From positions 22,660 through 86,659 of the IMG/VR virus record IMGVR_UViG_3300029880_000008: a DNA stretch of 64,000 nucleotides. The stretch is one strand, 5' to 3'. Positions 26,133-35,200 of this stretch are shown here, in pieces. Below the pieces are notes generated by a model. The model saw nothing but the letters and a program-made list of their open reading frames with translations, had not been told where the DNA came from and did no database searches. The first letter of the stretch is position 1, and the number at the start of each line of letters is the position of its first letter. The DNA comes from a virus. A program made the translations under genes and the position numbers.

Positions 26133-26140
26133 CAAAAATA
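26133..26140 (-). promoter_or_regulatory. possible -7 box (TATTTTTG, context GTATATTTTTGCAG) for the terL operon
   Basis: It lies 20 nt upstream of ATG 26113, in the divergent intergenic region. Confidence 0.35.
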
Positions 26141-26174
26141 TACAATTTTTCTTGGATAATTGCATATTTATTCA

Positions 26175-26182
26175 TATATTTG
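26175..26182 (+). promoter_or_regulatory. possible -7 box (TATATTTG, context TCATATATTTGCA) for the head operon
   Basis: It lies in the divergent intergenic region, 79 nt upstream of ATG 26261. Confidence 0.4.
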
Positions 26183-26260
26183 CAAAATAAAAGGTATATT
26201 TATACATTTTTTGAGGTGGAAGAACCGCTTCAGGATAACATTTTTAATCAAAAAAACAAC

Positions 26261-26962
26261 ATGACAAGAGAAGAACTCTTAGCATTGGTCAACAAGGAAC
26301 TCGGTAGTACCAAGTTGACAATTAGCGAGAAAACCATCAATGAAGAACTTGATGACGTACTCGAAGATTTTGGTGAAGACGAAGCTGCAAACGCTAAGTT
26401 GGTAACCAAGGTTACAAATCGCTTGAAACGCATGGACGGTAATCTCCATTCTGACGTTTCTCAGCAGGTTAAGGAATACAAGAAGAAGGCGAAAGAACGT
26501 CAGAAGGCAAAGGAAACTGAGCTTGACGAGGAAGAGCCGGAAAAAGACGAAATTCCTAACGAAGAGGATATGCCTGAGTGGGCAAAAAAGCTCATTGGTG
26601 AAGTCAAGAAGGAGCGTGAGGCGCGAGAGCAGAAGGAAGCAGCTGACGCGAAGAAGGCGTTGGTGAACTCCATTAAGGAAGGTCTTAAGGCTAAGTTTGA
26701 GAAGGCCAACATTCCTTTGAATTCGTTTTTCGTTAAGACAGCTTTGGATAAGCTTGAGATTCCTGAGGGTGAAGCAGACATTAAGGATCTTGTCGGTAAG
26801 GCAGAGGTTCTTTACAATGCTGACCTCAAGGAAGCTGGTATCAATCCAGACACCAAGCCTAGAAGCGGAGGTGGCGGAGCCGGAGGAACCGGAACCGTAG
26901 ACGAACACGAGTTCGATGACGTTGCAGCTATCAGATCTCGACACAAGCCAAAGGACGAATAA
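26261..26962 (+). CDS. scaffolding protein (putative)
   Basis: ORF-track 26108..26962 trimmed to the ATG (MTREELLALV). The protein is highly charged with a K/E-rich coiled-coil composition. It sits immediately upstream of the capsid genes. Confidence 0.6.
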   Translation: MTREELLALVNKELGSTKLTISEKTINEELDDVLEDFGEDEAANAKLVTKVTNRLKRMDGNLHSDVSQQVKEYKKKAKERQKAKETELDEEEPEKDEIPNEEDMPEWAKKLIGEVKKEREAREQKEAADAKKALVNSIKEGLKAKFEKANIPLNSFFVKTALDKLEIPEGEADIKDLVGKAEVLYNADLKEAGINPDTKPRSGGGGAGGTGTVDEHEFDDVAAIRSRHKPKDE

Positions 26963-26970
26963 CAATTAGT

Positions 26971-26984
26971 ATTCAGGATAACAA
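26971..26984 (+). promoter_or_regulatory. ATTCAGGATAACAA late-gene motif
   Basis: Exact copy of a motif also present at 31443-31456. It lies 16 nt upstream of ATG 27000. Confidence 0.45.
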
Positions 26985-26999
26985 AATTATTTATTGATT

Positions 27000-27752
27000 A
27001 TGGGAACAGTTTCTCCTTATTACAGTGAAAGGATGAATGGTAGCGGCTTCTTGCCAGGTCGTTCACTCATCCAGGCTCGTGGCGAAATCGGCGGTATCCG
27101 CTATGTATTCGTCAAGTTGAATGGCGCCGTAAAGGATGCTTTCCGTACTCCTACAACTGGTGGTAAGCTGCTCAACCCTTTCAAGGGTCCTGCAAAGATT
27201 TACGCCGGTGACTTCCTGGAGTATGATCCTGGCATCTATGGCAACGCAGGCGCTACTGTTAAGATTCTTAAGTCTTACCAGTGTGCAAAGAAGACCGGCG
27301 CTACTGACACAACTCTCCTTATTGTACGTGATGGCTACAAGCACATTCCGTTCATTGGAGACAATATCATGGTAGCTCCTAACGCTCTCGATGGAACAGG
27401 CACAGCAGTTACGGTTACTGGTGTTGAGAAGACAACCGAGGCTGGCGCAGACGTATGGAAGCTTACTTTGTCAGCAACACTCGGTATTGTAGCGAAGGAT
27501 GCGATACTCGTTGAGGCAGCAGCTGCCGGCGACGCCAAGAAGCCTATGGTAACCAACCCTAACGGTTATGCTCAGTGCGACTACGACTTCCTGTTCACTC
27601 CTGGTGACGATTTCGAGGATGGTTCTCGCTACTTGCTTACTCCATTCCTTGCTAACGACGACACCGTTATGTACATCGACAGGATGTCTCCAATCCCTCC
27701 TGCAATCAAGGCTCTCAACAAGAGTCGCGTTAACGGATGGTTCCATCTCTAA
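27000..27752 (+). CDS. head-associated protein (decoration/auxiliary capsid protein?), 250 aa
   Basis: ORF-track 26994..27752 trimmed to an ATG in the GATTATG context. It lies between the scaffold and major capsid genes. No family recognised. Confidence 0.55.
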   Translation: MGTVSPYYSERMNGSGFLPGRSLIQARGEIGGIRYVFVKLNGAVKDAFRTPTTGGKLLNPFKGPAKIYAGDFLEYDPGIYGNAGATVKILKSYQCAKKTGATDTTLLIVRDGYKHIPFIGDNIMVAPNALDGTGTAVTVTGVEKTTEAGADVWKLTLSATLGIVAKDAILVEAAAAGDAKKPMVTNPNGYAQCDYDFLFTPGDDFEDGSRYLLTPFLANDDTVMYIDRMSPIPPAIKALNKSRVNGWFHL

Positions 27753-27771
27753 TTATTAACCTTAAAGATTG

Positions 27772-27780
27772 ATTCAGGAT
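27772..27780 (+). promoter_or_regulatory. ATTCAGGAT motif abutting the capsid start codon
   Basis: GATTCAGGATTATGGC, read directly. Confidence 0.45.
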
Positions 27781-27781
27781 T

Positions 27782-28963
27782 ATGGCAAAATTTGATTTTA
27801 ATAATTCGCGACTTGCTAAGTTCTTCGGTTCTCAGGAGAATACGGCATATTTGCAGAGTTTCCTTGATAAAAAGGACATCTTCTTTACTAATTATGGCTG
27901 GTACAAGACACAGGGACATAACGCTTCGTTCCTGACATCTACTGACAACTATGGCTTGGCAACATTCAACGTCAAGGCGCGCAAGTTGAAGGCAGCTCCT
28001 ATGGCTGACCTCCGTGCTCCTCTCGGTGATTCTAACCAGATGGACAAGAACGGACATAAGTGGTACACCGCTTCTATCCCTGACTTCATCACTCCTGGTT
28101 ATGTTGAGACCGCAGTTGAGCGTTATGCACGCATCAAACAGTTTGAGGAGTTCGGTAACGATGCCGATATCTTGGCAGACTGGTGTGATGAGGTTCAGAC
28201 CCGTATCGACTCTGTTGATGCGACAATGAACTTTATGACCGCTCAGTTGATGTCTACCGGTAAGATCGACTACTCCGGCATTGGTCGTGGTATCTCCACT
28301 CCACTGCACAAGGCTATCGACCCTATCGAGTATGGCGACAACTTCATCAATGGTGGTGCTAAGAAGTGGAATGACCCTGCTGCTACCATCCTTACCTACA
28401 TGAAGGAGAAGGAGGCTAAGTATCGTGAGACCCGAGGCGGTTTCGACGGCGCTCTGAAGTGGCAGATGACTCGCAATACATTCTACAATGTATTCTTGAA
28501 GAACGCAGAGGTTCGCGAGCTTGTTACCAATTACCGCCAGCTGAACTACATTGCCTCTACCAAGACAATGCCTATCAGCAAGGAACAGTTCATCCAGGCA
28601 TTCGTTGACTTCGAGGGTGTATCTCCTATCGAGATTGTGACCGAGAAGGAGCGCAACCTTACTCATACAACCGATGAGTACAAGCAGGGTTGGTCTGACG
28701 ACATCGTTGTTCTCCGTCCTGCCGGTGATGCTTGTGAGTTCGAGCGCACAGACAGTCTCGATCGTAAGTTGATTGAGTATGCTGGTAACAAGGCTATCTC
28801 TACCGTGTTCGGTACAACTAACGATGGTCTCGGTCTGCTCATGAACTCAGTAGTTCCTAACGGTAAGTACATGGAGTGGCACACAGACATCATGTTCTCT
28901 GCTTGCCCAGCTCTCATCGACTTCCCAGACCATTGCATTATGGACATTACCAAGACTGATTAA
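27782..28963 (+). CDS. major capsid protein (putative)
   Basis: 393 aa, positioned after the scaffold gene and before the connector genes. The call rests on size and synteny. The long antisense ORF 27749..28666 is rejected. Confidence 0.65.
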   Translation: MAKFDFNNSRLAKFFGSQENTAYLQSFLDKKDIFFTNYGWYKTQGHNASFLTSTDNYGLATFNVKARKLKAAPMADLRAPLGDSNQMDKNGHKWYTASIPDFITPGYVETAVERYARIKQFEEFGNDADILADWCDEVQTRIDSVDATMNFMTAQLMSTGKIDYSGIGRGISTPLHKAIDPIEYGDNFINGGAKKWNDPAATILTYMKEKEAKYRETRGGFDGALKWQMTRNTFYNVFLKNAEVRELVTNYRQLNYIASTKTMPISKEQFIQAFVDFEGVSPIEIVTEKERNLTHTTDEYKQGWSDDIVVLRPAGDACEFERTDSLDRKLIEYAGNKAISTVFGTTNDGLGLLMNSVVPNGKYMEWHTDIMFSACPALIDFPDHCIMDITKTD

Positions 28964-28998
28964 TTTCGGTCTTGGAACTATTAACGTAACTAGATTGT

Positions 28999-29433
28999 AT
29001 GACTATGGATTCGGAGATGAACATTTACACTGTGAACGACTACCTTATTAATAAGGTGAAGTTCGAGATGCCGATGAAGGCTCTGTTGGGCATCATGCAC
29101 GACAGGGAGCTTGAAAATGGCATTGACCTCGAAGCCTGCGACAAGGACAAGGTTAGACTTGCCTATGCCGACATGCTGAAATGGTTTATTCTTGGTCCGA
29201 GCAAGGTGAACAACACCTCCGATTCCGATAACGGATGGACTCATTCGGGAGGTGGCTATGACATGTCGGACAACGACAGGAGCGAGATGAAGGCAGAGGC
29301 TAACGCTATCTATGCGGAGCTGGAGCCTGATTCGATGCTCAAGAAGAAATCCACCTTCCGGGTGACCTCCCACGGAGTAAAGAGGGCGAATTATTCTCCT
29401 TGGGGAGAACCTCTCCCTCACATCATCAAATAA
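28999..29433 (+). CDS. head-tail connector/adaptor protein (putative)
   Basis: 144 aa. Called by position between the capsid and tail genes. Confidence 0.45.
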   Translation: MTMDSEMNIYTVNDYLINKVKFEMPMKALLGIMHDRELENGIDLEACDKDKVRLAYADMLKWFILGPSKVNNTSDSDNGWTHSGGGYDMSDNDRSEMKAEANAIYAELEPDSMLKKKSTFRVTSHGVKRANYSPWGEPLPHIIK

Positions 29434-29438
29434 GGCGT

Positions 29439-29816
29439 ATGGAAAAGGAAAACATCAGAAACCCAAGATATCCTCACATCATCAAGATCGTGAGGAAGGT
29501 CGTCGGAAAAGCCGACCCTGATGACCCGTTTGCCGATGATGATGCTCCGGTTGGTGAGGACAAGGAAATCATTCTCTACTATGGCGAAGGCCGAAGCTAT
29601 ACCGATACCACTACAGAGGGAGACAAGAACGTCGATCAGAACAAGAGGAAGGCATCGATTCCTGTCAGATATGACGAATGGGATGCTGACAGATGTCCTC
29701 TTGACGGCGACACCATCTACTCCACTGTCGGCAACAACACCGAGGTAGGTATGGTTAAGGACTGCGAGCCGGATAATAACAGGACTGTTGTATATTGGAA
29801 TTTGACAAGGGTTTAG
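29439..29816 (+). CDS. head-tail joining protein (putative)
   Basis: ORF-track 29400..29816 trimmed to the ATG (MEKENIRNP). Called by synteny. Confidence 0.45.
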   Translation: MEKENIRNPRYPHIIKIVRKVVGKADPDDPFADDDAPVGEDKEIILYYGEGRSYTDTTTEGDKNVDQNKRKASIPVRYDEWDADRCPLDGDTIYSTVGNNTEVGMVKDCEPDNNRTVVYWNLTRV

Positions 29817-29819
29817 ATT

Positions 29820-30353
29820 ATGACAAGTTTATCAGGTCAGTTTTTACAGGTCGAGAAGAAAATTCGTCAGATGGCTGTAGAAAAGATGCAGCAGAAGATG
29901 GATCATGCGGCTGAAATGACAATGAAGGCTGCCGACAAGTCTCGCAACTATGATGACGTAACCGGTAACTTGTACAAGTCAACCGCCATCGGTACATATT
30001 ACAACGGCTCATTGCAGTCAATTCATTATGCTCCTGGTCCAGAGCCAACCCGAGTAACCCTTGCTGCTGGAGAGAGATACAACCTCGAAAAGTATTATCG
30101 CAGTTCGTTCTCCTTCAAAGACAGCGGACGGAGACCTTTCAAGGGTGAATATGGAGAAGGTGGCGAATATGGTCCGAACGCTGCGTGGGATGAACTTGTT
30201 TCAAGGGAACACAACAAAGGAAAGTACGATGCTACATGGCAGATGCTTCTAGTTGCCGGCGTGGATTACGCTAAGTTTGTCGAGGTAAAGAGAGGTCACG
30301 ACGTAATTACCTCTCTCAGAGAATATTTGGTTAGATACTTTAGATCGATGTAA
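29820..30353 (+). CDS. HK97 gp10-like head-tail/tail completion protein (tentative)
   Basis: 177 aa. Called by synteny. The N-terminal helical region with ...VTGNLYKSTAI... is reminiscent of the gp10 family. Confidence 0.45.
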   Translation: MTSLSGQFLQVEKKIRQMAVEKMQQKMDHAAEMTMKAADKSRNYDDVTGNLYKSTAIGTYYNGSLQSIHYAPGPEPTRVTLAAGERYNLEKYYRSSFSFKDSGRRPFKGEYGEGGEYGPNAAWDELVSREHNKGKYDATWQMLLVAGVDYAKFVEVKRGHDVITSLREYLVRYFRSM

Positions 30354-30356
30354 GAT

Positions 30357-30764
30357 ATGGTTAGTATTAAGACTCTATATTTCGATGTCGGTAATGCAAT
30401 GAAGGGGATTTGCGACAAGCTCTACTCCCGGAGCCGACCAAAAGCAGTTGATACGAAAATCAACAGCTACATCGTGGTATACTTTCCATCTAGTATCTAC
30501 AATAACGAGATGAACTCAAGTGGAGTTTACAATGATTTCACCACTATAGCTCAAATCGAATTGTATGTGCGCGATAAGAATTCGGCAAGCAACCCGCACA
30601 CACTTGATGTATCTAGCGTTGACGAGAAAGTCCAGGAGATTATGGACAGATTTCCAATCTCCACAAAAAATCTCATTGTTTCAAATCCTCGTATAACACT
30701 ACAGACAGACGACGGAGCAGGTTTTTCCGTGACGATCATACAAGGAAGGTTACGTACTAAATAA
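30357..30764 (+). CDS. tail terminator/completion protein (putative)
   Basis: 135 aa. It is the last gene before the major tail protein. Confidence 0.4.
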   Translation: MVSIKTLYFDVGNAMKGICDKLYSRSRPKAVDTKINSYIVVYFPSSIYNNEMNSSGVYNDFTTIAQIELYVRDKNSASNPHTLDVSSVDEKVQEIMDRFPISTKNLIVSNPRITLQTDDGAGFSVTIIQGRLRTK

Positions 30765-30766
30765 GT

Positions 30767-30780
30767 ATTCAGGTATAACA
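30767..30780 (+). promoter_or_regulatory. ATTCAGGTATAACA late-gene motif variant
   Basis: It lies 20 nt upstream of ATG 30800. Confidence 0.4.
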
Positions 30781-30799
30781 ATTTAAAATATTTTAGATT

Positions 30800-31411
30800 A
30801 TGGCTATGACAACTATTGACAAGATGAAGGACATTTTCAATGGTCCTAAAACTCTGCTCTACTCAAAGGCTATTACCGATTTGAACAAGGCTACAGTTGA
30901 CATTACCCCAGATGTTGAGCTTCCGGTTACCGTTGACTCGCTGAAGGCGACTATGGATGACCCAACCATCAACCACTACAAGGTTATCGGTCTTGCAGGC
31001 GACTGGGCAACTACAGCAGAGCTCGGCGACTTCAATGTAGAGTTCGTTGTTCCATCAAAGGCAAAGGACCTGCTGAAAATTATGTTCGGCGAGGATGCAA
31101 TCACAGAGCTAACCAAGGTTACACTGAAGGGTACAGGTGACGCCACCCTCGACGCTTCTACCGGCTTTACAGGTATCGCTGTTGAGCCTAAGAAGTTCAA
31201 GATCAAGGGTACTATCGTTATCGTTGACGATGAGAAGGAAAACCTCATGGTTATCACCAACATCGCTCTCTACGCTACCTTGCAGTGGGATAACTCTGGT
31301 ACTGAGCCTGTCGCGTTCAAGTTCTCTGGTTCTATCGAGGGTGCAGGTAAGCGTAGCATCGCTTGGCTTACTAAGGCTCCAGTTGGTGTGGGACCAGGCA
31401 TTGGCGGTTAA
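30800..31411 (+). CDS. major tail protein (putative)
   Basis: 203 aa. It sits directly upstream of the chaperone pair and the tape measure, and is followed by a strong hairpin (31460-31497). Confidence 0.55.
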   Translation: MAMTTIDKMKDIFNGPKTLLYSKAITDLNKATVDITPDVELPVTVDSLKATMDDPTINHYKVIGLAGDWATTAELGDFNVEFVVPSKAKDLLKIMFGEDAITELTKVTLKGTGDATLDASTGFTGIAVEPKKFKIKGTIVIVDDEKENLMVITNIALYATLQWDNSGTEPVAFKFSGSIEGAGKRSIAWLTKAPVGVGPGIGG

Positions 31412-31442
31412 TCAAGAGAAAAAAGCTTCTTTAGGTAATTAT

Positions 31443-31456
31443 ATTCAGGATAACAA
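31443..31456 (+). promoter_or_regulatory. ATTCAGGATAACAA late-gene motif
   Basis: Exact copy of the motif at 26971-26984. It lies just 5' of hairpin 31460-31497. Confidence 0.45.
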
Positions 31457-31459
31457 ACC

Positions 31460-31497
31460 GTAGGGCGGCAGGCTAATCAACAGCCGTGCCGCCCTAC
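31460..31497 (+). terminator. strong hairpin (11-bp stem) after the major tail gene; attenuator/terminator candidate
   Basis: GTAGGGCGGCA-(GGCT..AGCC)-TGCCGCCCTAC followed by TTCATTT. Confidence 0.5.
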
Positions 31498-31518
31498 TTC
31501 ATTTAATAGCATACAATC

Positions 31519-31977
31519 ATGGCAGAAGAAAAGAAAATAGAGCAGCCTTCGGTGGATTTGCAGGAGTTGCTAGACAGCGTGCTGCACGACGAGCCTACCG
31601 AGTTCGTGTTCCGTGGCAAGAAGCACAAGCTCGGTTGGCTTCGCAAGGGAACCATGAGCAAGTGTTCCCACATCAGGGCAAAGGAGAAGAATGAATGGAA
31701 ACGCAACGTCAAGATTTGTGTCTGCATTCTCCTCAACAACATCTGGAAGATTCGATTCCTGTATTGGATCTACTGGCGCTGGCTCTACTACATCAAGGAT
31801 GTGGACGTGGCCGAGGTGCTGAGGGTCCTCGATGTTTCTAAAAAAAAAATTCCATCGAACGCATTCTCACTGGCTACCATATTAGCGACCGGGATTACGG
31901 ACGTGATGATGACGATGACGAGGAGCGAAGTAGAAGCTATCCAAGCAGAACCAGCTGGGGAGCAGCCTTCTCACTAG
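31519..31977 (+). CDS. tail assembly chaperone (G-like, zero-frame product)
   Basis: 152 aa. It sits immediately upstream of the tape measure and contains the A10 slippery run. Confidence 0.65.
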   Translation: MAEEKKIEQPSVDLQELLDSVLHDEPTEFVFRGKKHKLGWLRKGTMSKCSHIRAKEKNEWKRNVKICVCILLNNIWKIRFLYWIYWRWLYYIKDVDVAEVLRVLDVSKKKIPSNAFSLATILATGITDVMMTMTRSEVEAIQAEPAGEQPSH

Positions 31978-32246
31978 CGGAGAAGTTCGGTTTCCTCTTT
32001 CAGCGCAAGTACTTTATCGCGGCCTACGACTACTGGTGGGGCTATTCATCGGCACAGATTGACCTTATGGTTGCTGACCAGCCTCTTGTCGTCTATCCTA
32101 AGACGAAGAAGGAAGGTGGTCCGAAGAAGCACACCAAGAAGGAGATGGATGACCTCTACGACAGGTGGATGGAGAAAAAGAAGAAAGAAGGAAGTCTTGT
32201 CGGCGAGAAAATAAATCTTGCTGATTACTTAAACAATAAACTCTAA
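31519..32246 (+). CDS. tail assembly chaperone, -1 frameshift fusion product (GT-like)
   Basis: The -1 frame is open from the A10 run to TAA 32244-32246 (hand translation ...KKNSIERILTGYHISDRDYGRDDDDDEERSRSYPSRTSWGAAFSLAEKFGFLFQRKYF...DYLNNKL). That frame has no ATG-initiated ORF of its own. The arrangement is the canonical one upstream of a tape measure gene. Confidence 0.6.
31840..31849 (+). promoter_or_regulatory. programmed -1 ribosomal frameshift site (A10 homopolymer)
   Basis: gtt tct AAA AAA AAA Att in the zero frame. The frame change from codon phase 1 to phase 0 (mod 3) equals -1. Confidence 0.55.
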
Positions 32247-32255
32247 TTTTAAAAT

Positions 32256-32264
32256 ATTCAGGAT
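32256..32264 (+). promoter_or_regulatory. ATTCAGGAT motif abutting the tape-measure start codon
   Basis: AATATTCAGGATATGGCA, read directly. Confidence 0.45.
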
Positions 32265-35200
32265 ATGGCAGGTGGAAATATGGGAGACCTCAGTTTCTCG
32301 CTCACTCTTAAATCGAGAATTGAAGAGGAAACCAAAAAGATTACCAAAGAATTAAACAAGATTGATGCTACTGGTAAGCAGGCACAGAATGCTTTGGAAG
32401 CAATATCCGAAGCAACAAAAGGTATTGGAGATAAGGGAGGTCGTAGTTTTGAAAAGCTAAACAACTTCGTTAAAGAATTACGTCGTAACATTGGTGTATT
32501 TTCAAGCGAAGATTTCTTTAGTCCGAAAAAACTCCAGCAGTTGGAGTCTGTCCAGGACGGGTTGTATAAAATAGGTCGCATACTCGGAGAGGTGTCTAAG
32601 GAAGGTGCTGGATTCAACATATTCCCTAACAGCGTTGCAACTGAGGCAAACAGGGCAGAGAGAGAACTTTATAAGTTATCTTCTATTATTGACGAAATCA
32701 ACAAACGCCATGGTGAAGGCATACAGATGTTTGGAGTCGATTCAACGAACAACATACGTCAGTCGTTGTCAGAGCTGTCTAAATACAGAACTGAGTTAGA
32801 ACAGATCAGGAATAACAGAGGTATTCATCCTATCACAGGACTCACAGCAACTGATGTCGTAAAGAGTTCCGGGTATCTTAATGCTATAGATAAAGCAAAT
32901 ACTTATGCAAAGGTTATAAAGGACGCAGCACGCGAGGCAAAAGAGGCAGAGAGGCAACGCCAGAATGATTTGAAGAACACGGAGCGTCGGTATGATTCTC
33001 TCGGAAATAAGGTTCGCCAGCTTCGCTCGGAATACAGCAGGGGCATCTCTATCGGTGCAGATGTGAGCAAGGCTGAAGCCGAGATTAACAGACTTCTTTC
33101 TTTAATGAGAGCCCTTATAAATATTAAGGGAAGACTTAATTCAGAAAACTGGAAGGATAGCCTCGGTTTGCTTGGTAATATTGGTAGTGGCCACGATACC
33201 ACATTGGCTTCGAGAGTCCTTCAAGATCAGAAAGCAGTAAACCGAGAGGTTCAAAGAGGCATTGAGCTGGAGCAGAAGCGTCAGCAGGAGATTGCTCAGA
33301 CGGCTGCAAAGGTTCAGTCTGATTTGGTCCGCGGCTTCGAGAGAGCCAACAGTCATGCAGGAAAGCTGAATTCAACCGTGCAGGATTTGAAGTCACTTTT
33401 CTTGCAGGGAGGTCTTGTGTTCGGCGCACAGCAGTTCGCTATGAGCATCATCACTACTGGTGGTGAGATGGAGAAGCAGCATATTGCTCTCCAGTCAATC
33501 CTTGGCGATATGCAGAATGCGAATACAATGTTCAATCAGATTAAGGAACTCGCTCTTAATTCGCCATTTACATTCTCTGAATTGAACCGAGATGTTAAGC
33601 AGTTGGCTGCGTATGGCGTAGAATACGACCAGCTTTACGATACAACCAAGAGGCTTGCTGATATGTCTTCCGGTCTTGGTGTTAGCTTTGACCGTATCGC
33701 ATTGGCATTTGGTCAGGTTCAGGCTCGTGGCTGGCTCGATGGTAAGGAACTCCGCCAGATTGCTTATGCAGGTATTCCTCTGCTTGAAAAGTTATCTGAG
33801 TTCTACTCTAAGCAAGAGGGTCGAAATGTCTCTACATCAGAGATTAAGACTCGTATATCAAGCAGAGACGTAAGTTTTGATGATGTGAAGTCTATCTTCT
33901 GGCAGATGACTGATGCAGGTGGTCAGTTCTATAATATGCAGCAGGTTCTGAGTGAAACTCTGCTCGGACGCTACAATAAACTGAAGGATGCCTGGGAAAT
34001 CATGCTTGCCGACTTTGCTAATGGCAAGAATGTTATAGGTGGAACTTTCAAGGGTATTCTTGATGTTGTCACCAATCTCGTGCAGCAGATTCACGTCTTG
34101 GGTCCTGCTATGGTTGCGGCATTCGCAGGTCCAGCCCTTATGCGTGGAGTTAAGACCCTGGAAGGCGGCATAGGAAAGAGGATACTGAACTCTAAGGGAA
34201 ATATTGCGAAAGAAGCAGAACTTAAGCTTTTGCGTGGAGAGAAAATAACTCCTGTAGAGAAACAGATTCTTCAGTACAAAAATCAGATTCGGATTCAGGA
34301 TATTCAGGCACTCGCGAAGGCGAATGCGATAACAAAAGCCGAGCTCAGGCGATTGTATGTTACCGGTCAGATAACCAAGGAGATGTACAAGCAAGGTATG
34401 GCTCTCACCAAACAGGAGGGTCAGGTAAACAGAATCTCCCTTGGTGGAGTACTGAAGGGATTGGCTAGCCCTAGCAAATGGGAAGCAGCAGGAGGTTTGC
34501 TTCTCGGAGGATTGAAATCAGGATTCAGTTCTATCATCGGTTTTCTTGGTGGTCTTCCAGGAATAGCTATATCTGCCGGATCTGCAATCTTTGCATACTA
34601 CTGGGAGAAGCATCAGCAGTTGAAACAGGATATGGAGACTACGGCTGACGAACTGAAAGACAGGTACACTCAGATTGGCGAGTTCCTTCGCGATAACGAT
34701 GCAGATAAAGCCATTAAGGACGGCGATGAGAAAGAGATAGAAAACCTCATTGACGCATATAAGGAAAAGCTTAAGGAGATTGCTCCAGAAAAGGAGAATG
34801 CTTTCACTATGAGCCTTCTTGAAAAGAAATCGAATGAGGACAGACTTAAGTATCTCAAAGAACAGCTCATTCTTCTCAAGCAGGTTGAGGAGAGTACTCA
34901 GAAATCTCTTTCGGACGAGGGTACATACAAGGGATTCGACGAGAAACTGTCTTCTGCAAAGGAGATAGCAGAAGCATTCTCTTCAGCATCCGCAAAGGCG
35001 AATATGATTAATGCCACCCAATCCGACTTCGCTAGCTTCAACTCCTGGGAGGAAAAGTATAAGGATGAGGTGAAAGCCATGCGCGATTATCTCATTGATG
35101 AGCTTGGAGATATTAGCAACAGCCCGAAGTTGCAGGGTAAGGCTAACCAGATTCTTTCGTCATTCTTTGCAAAGCAGGGATGGAACCAGGATGTTTCTGA

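Noticed and set aside
26279-26965. 228-aa minus-strand ORF and the N-terminal extension of ORF 26108..26962
   Set aside because: The minus ORF is antisense to the scaffold gene. The first about 50 codons of the plus ORF cover the AT-rich divergent promoter region, and the ATG at 26261 is the sensible start.
27749-28666. 305-aa minus-strand ORF
   Set aside because: It lies entirely antisense to the putative major capsid gene within a co-directional late operon. The long open antisense frame is typical of codon-biased genes.
33858-34394. Minus-strand and alternative-frame ORFs nested within long plus-strand structural genes (tape measure, Tal-like protein, fibre genes)
   Set aside because: They are all embedded in long, coherent plus-strand genes. 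Examples are 33858..34394, 40751..41323 and 44165..44863. They are judged to be frame-shadow ORFs.
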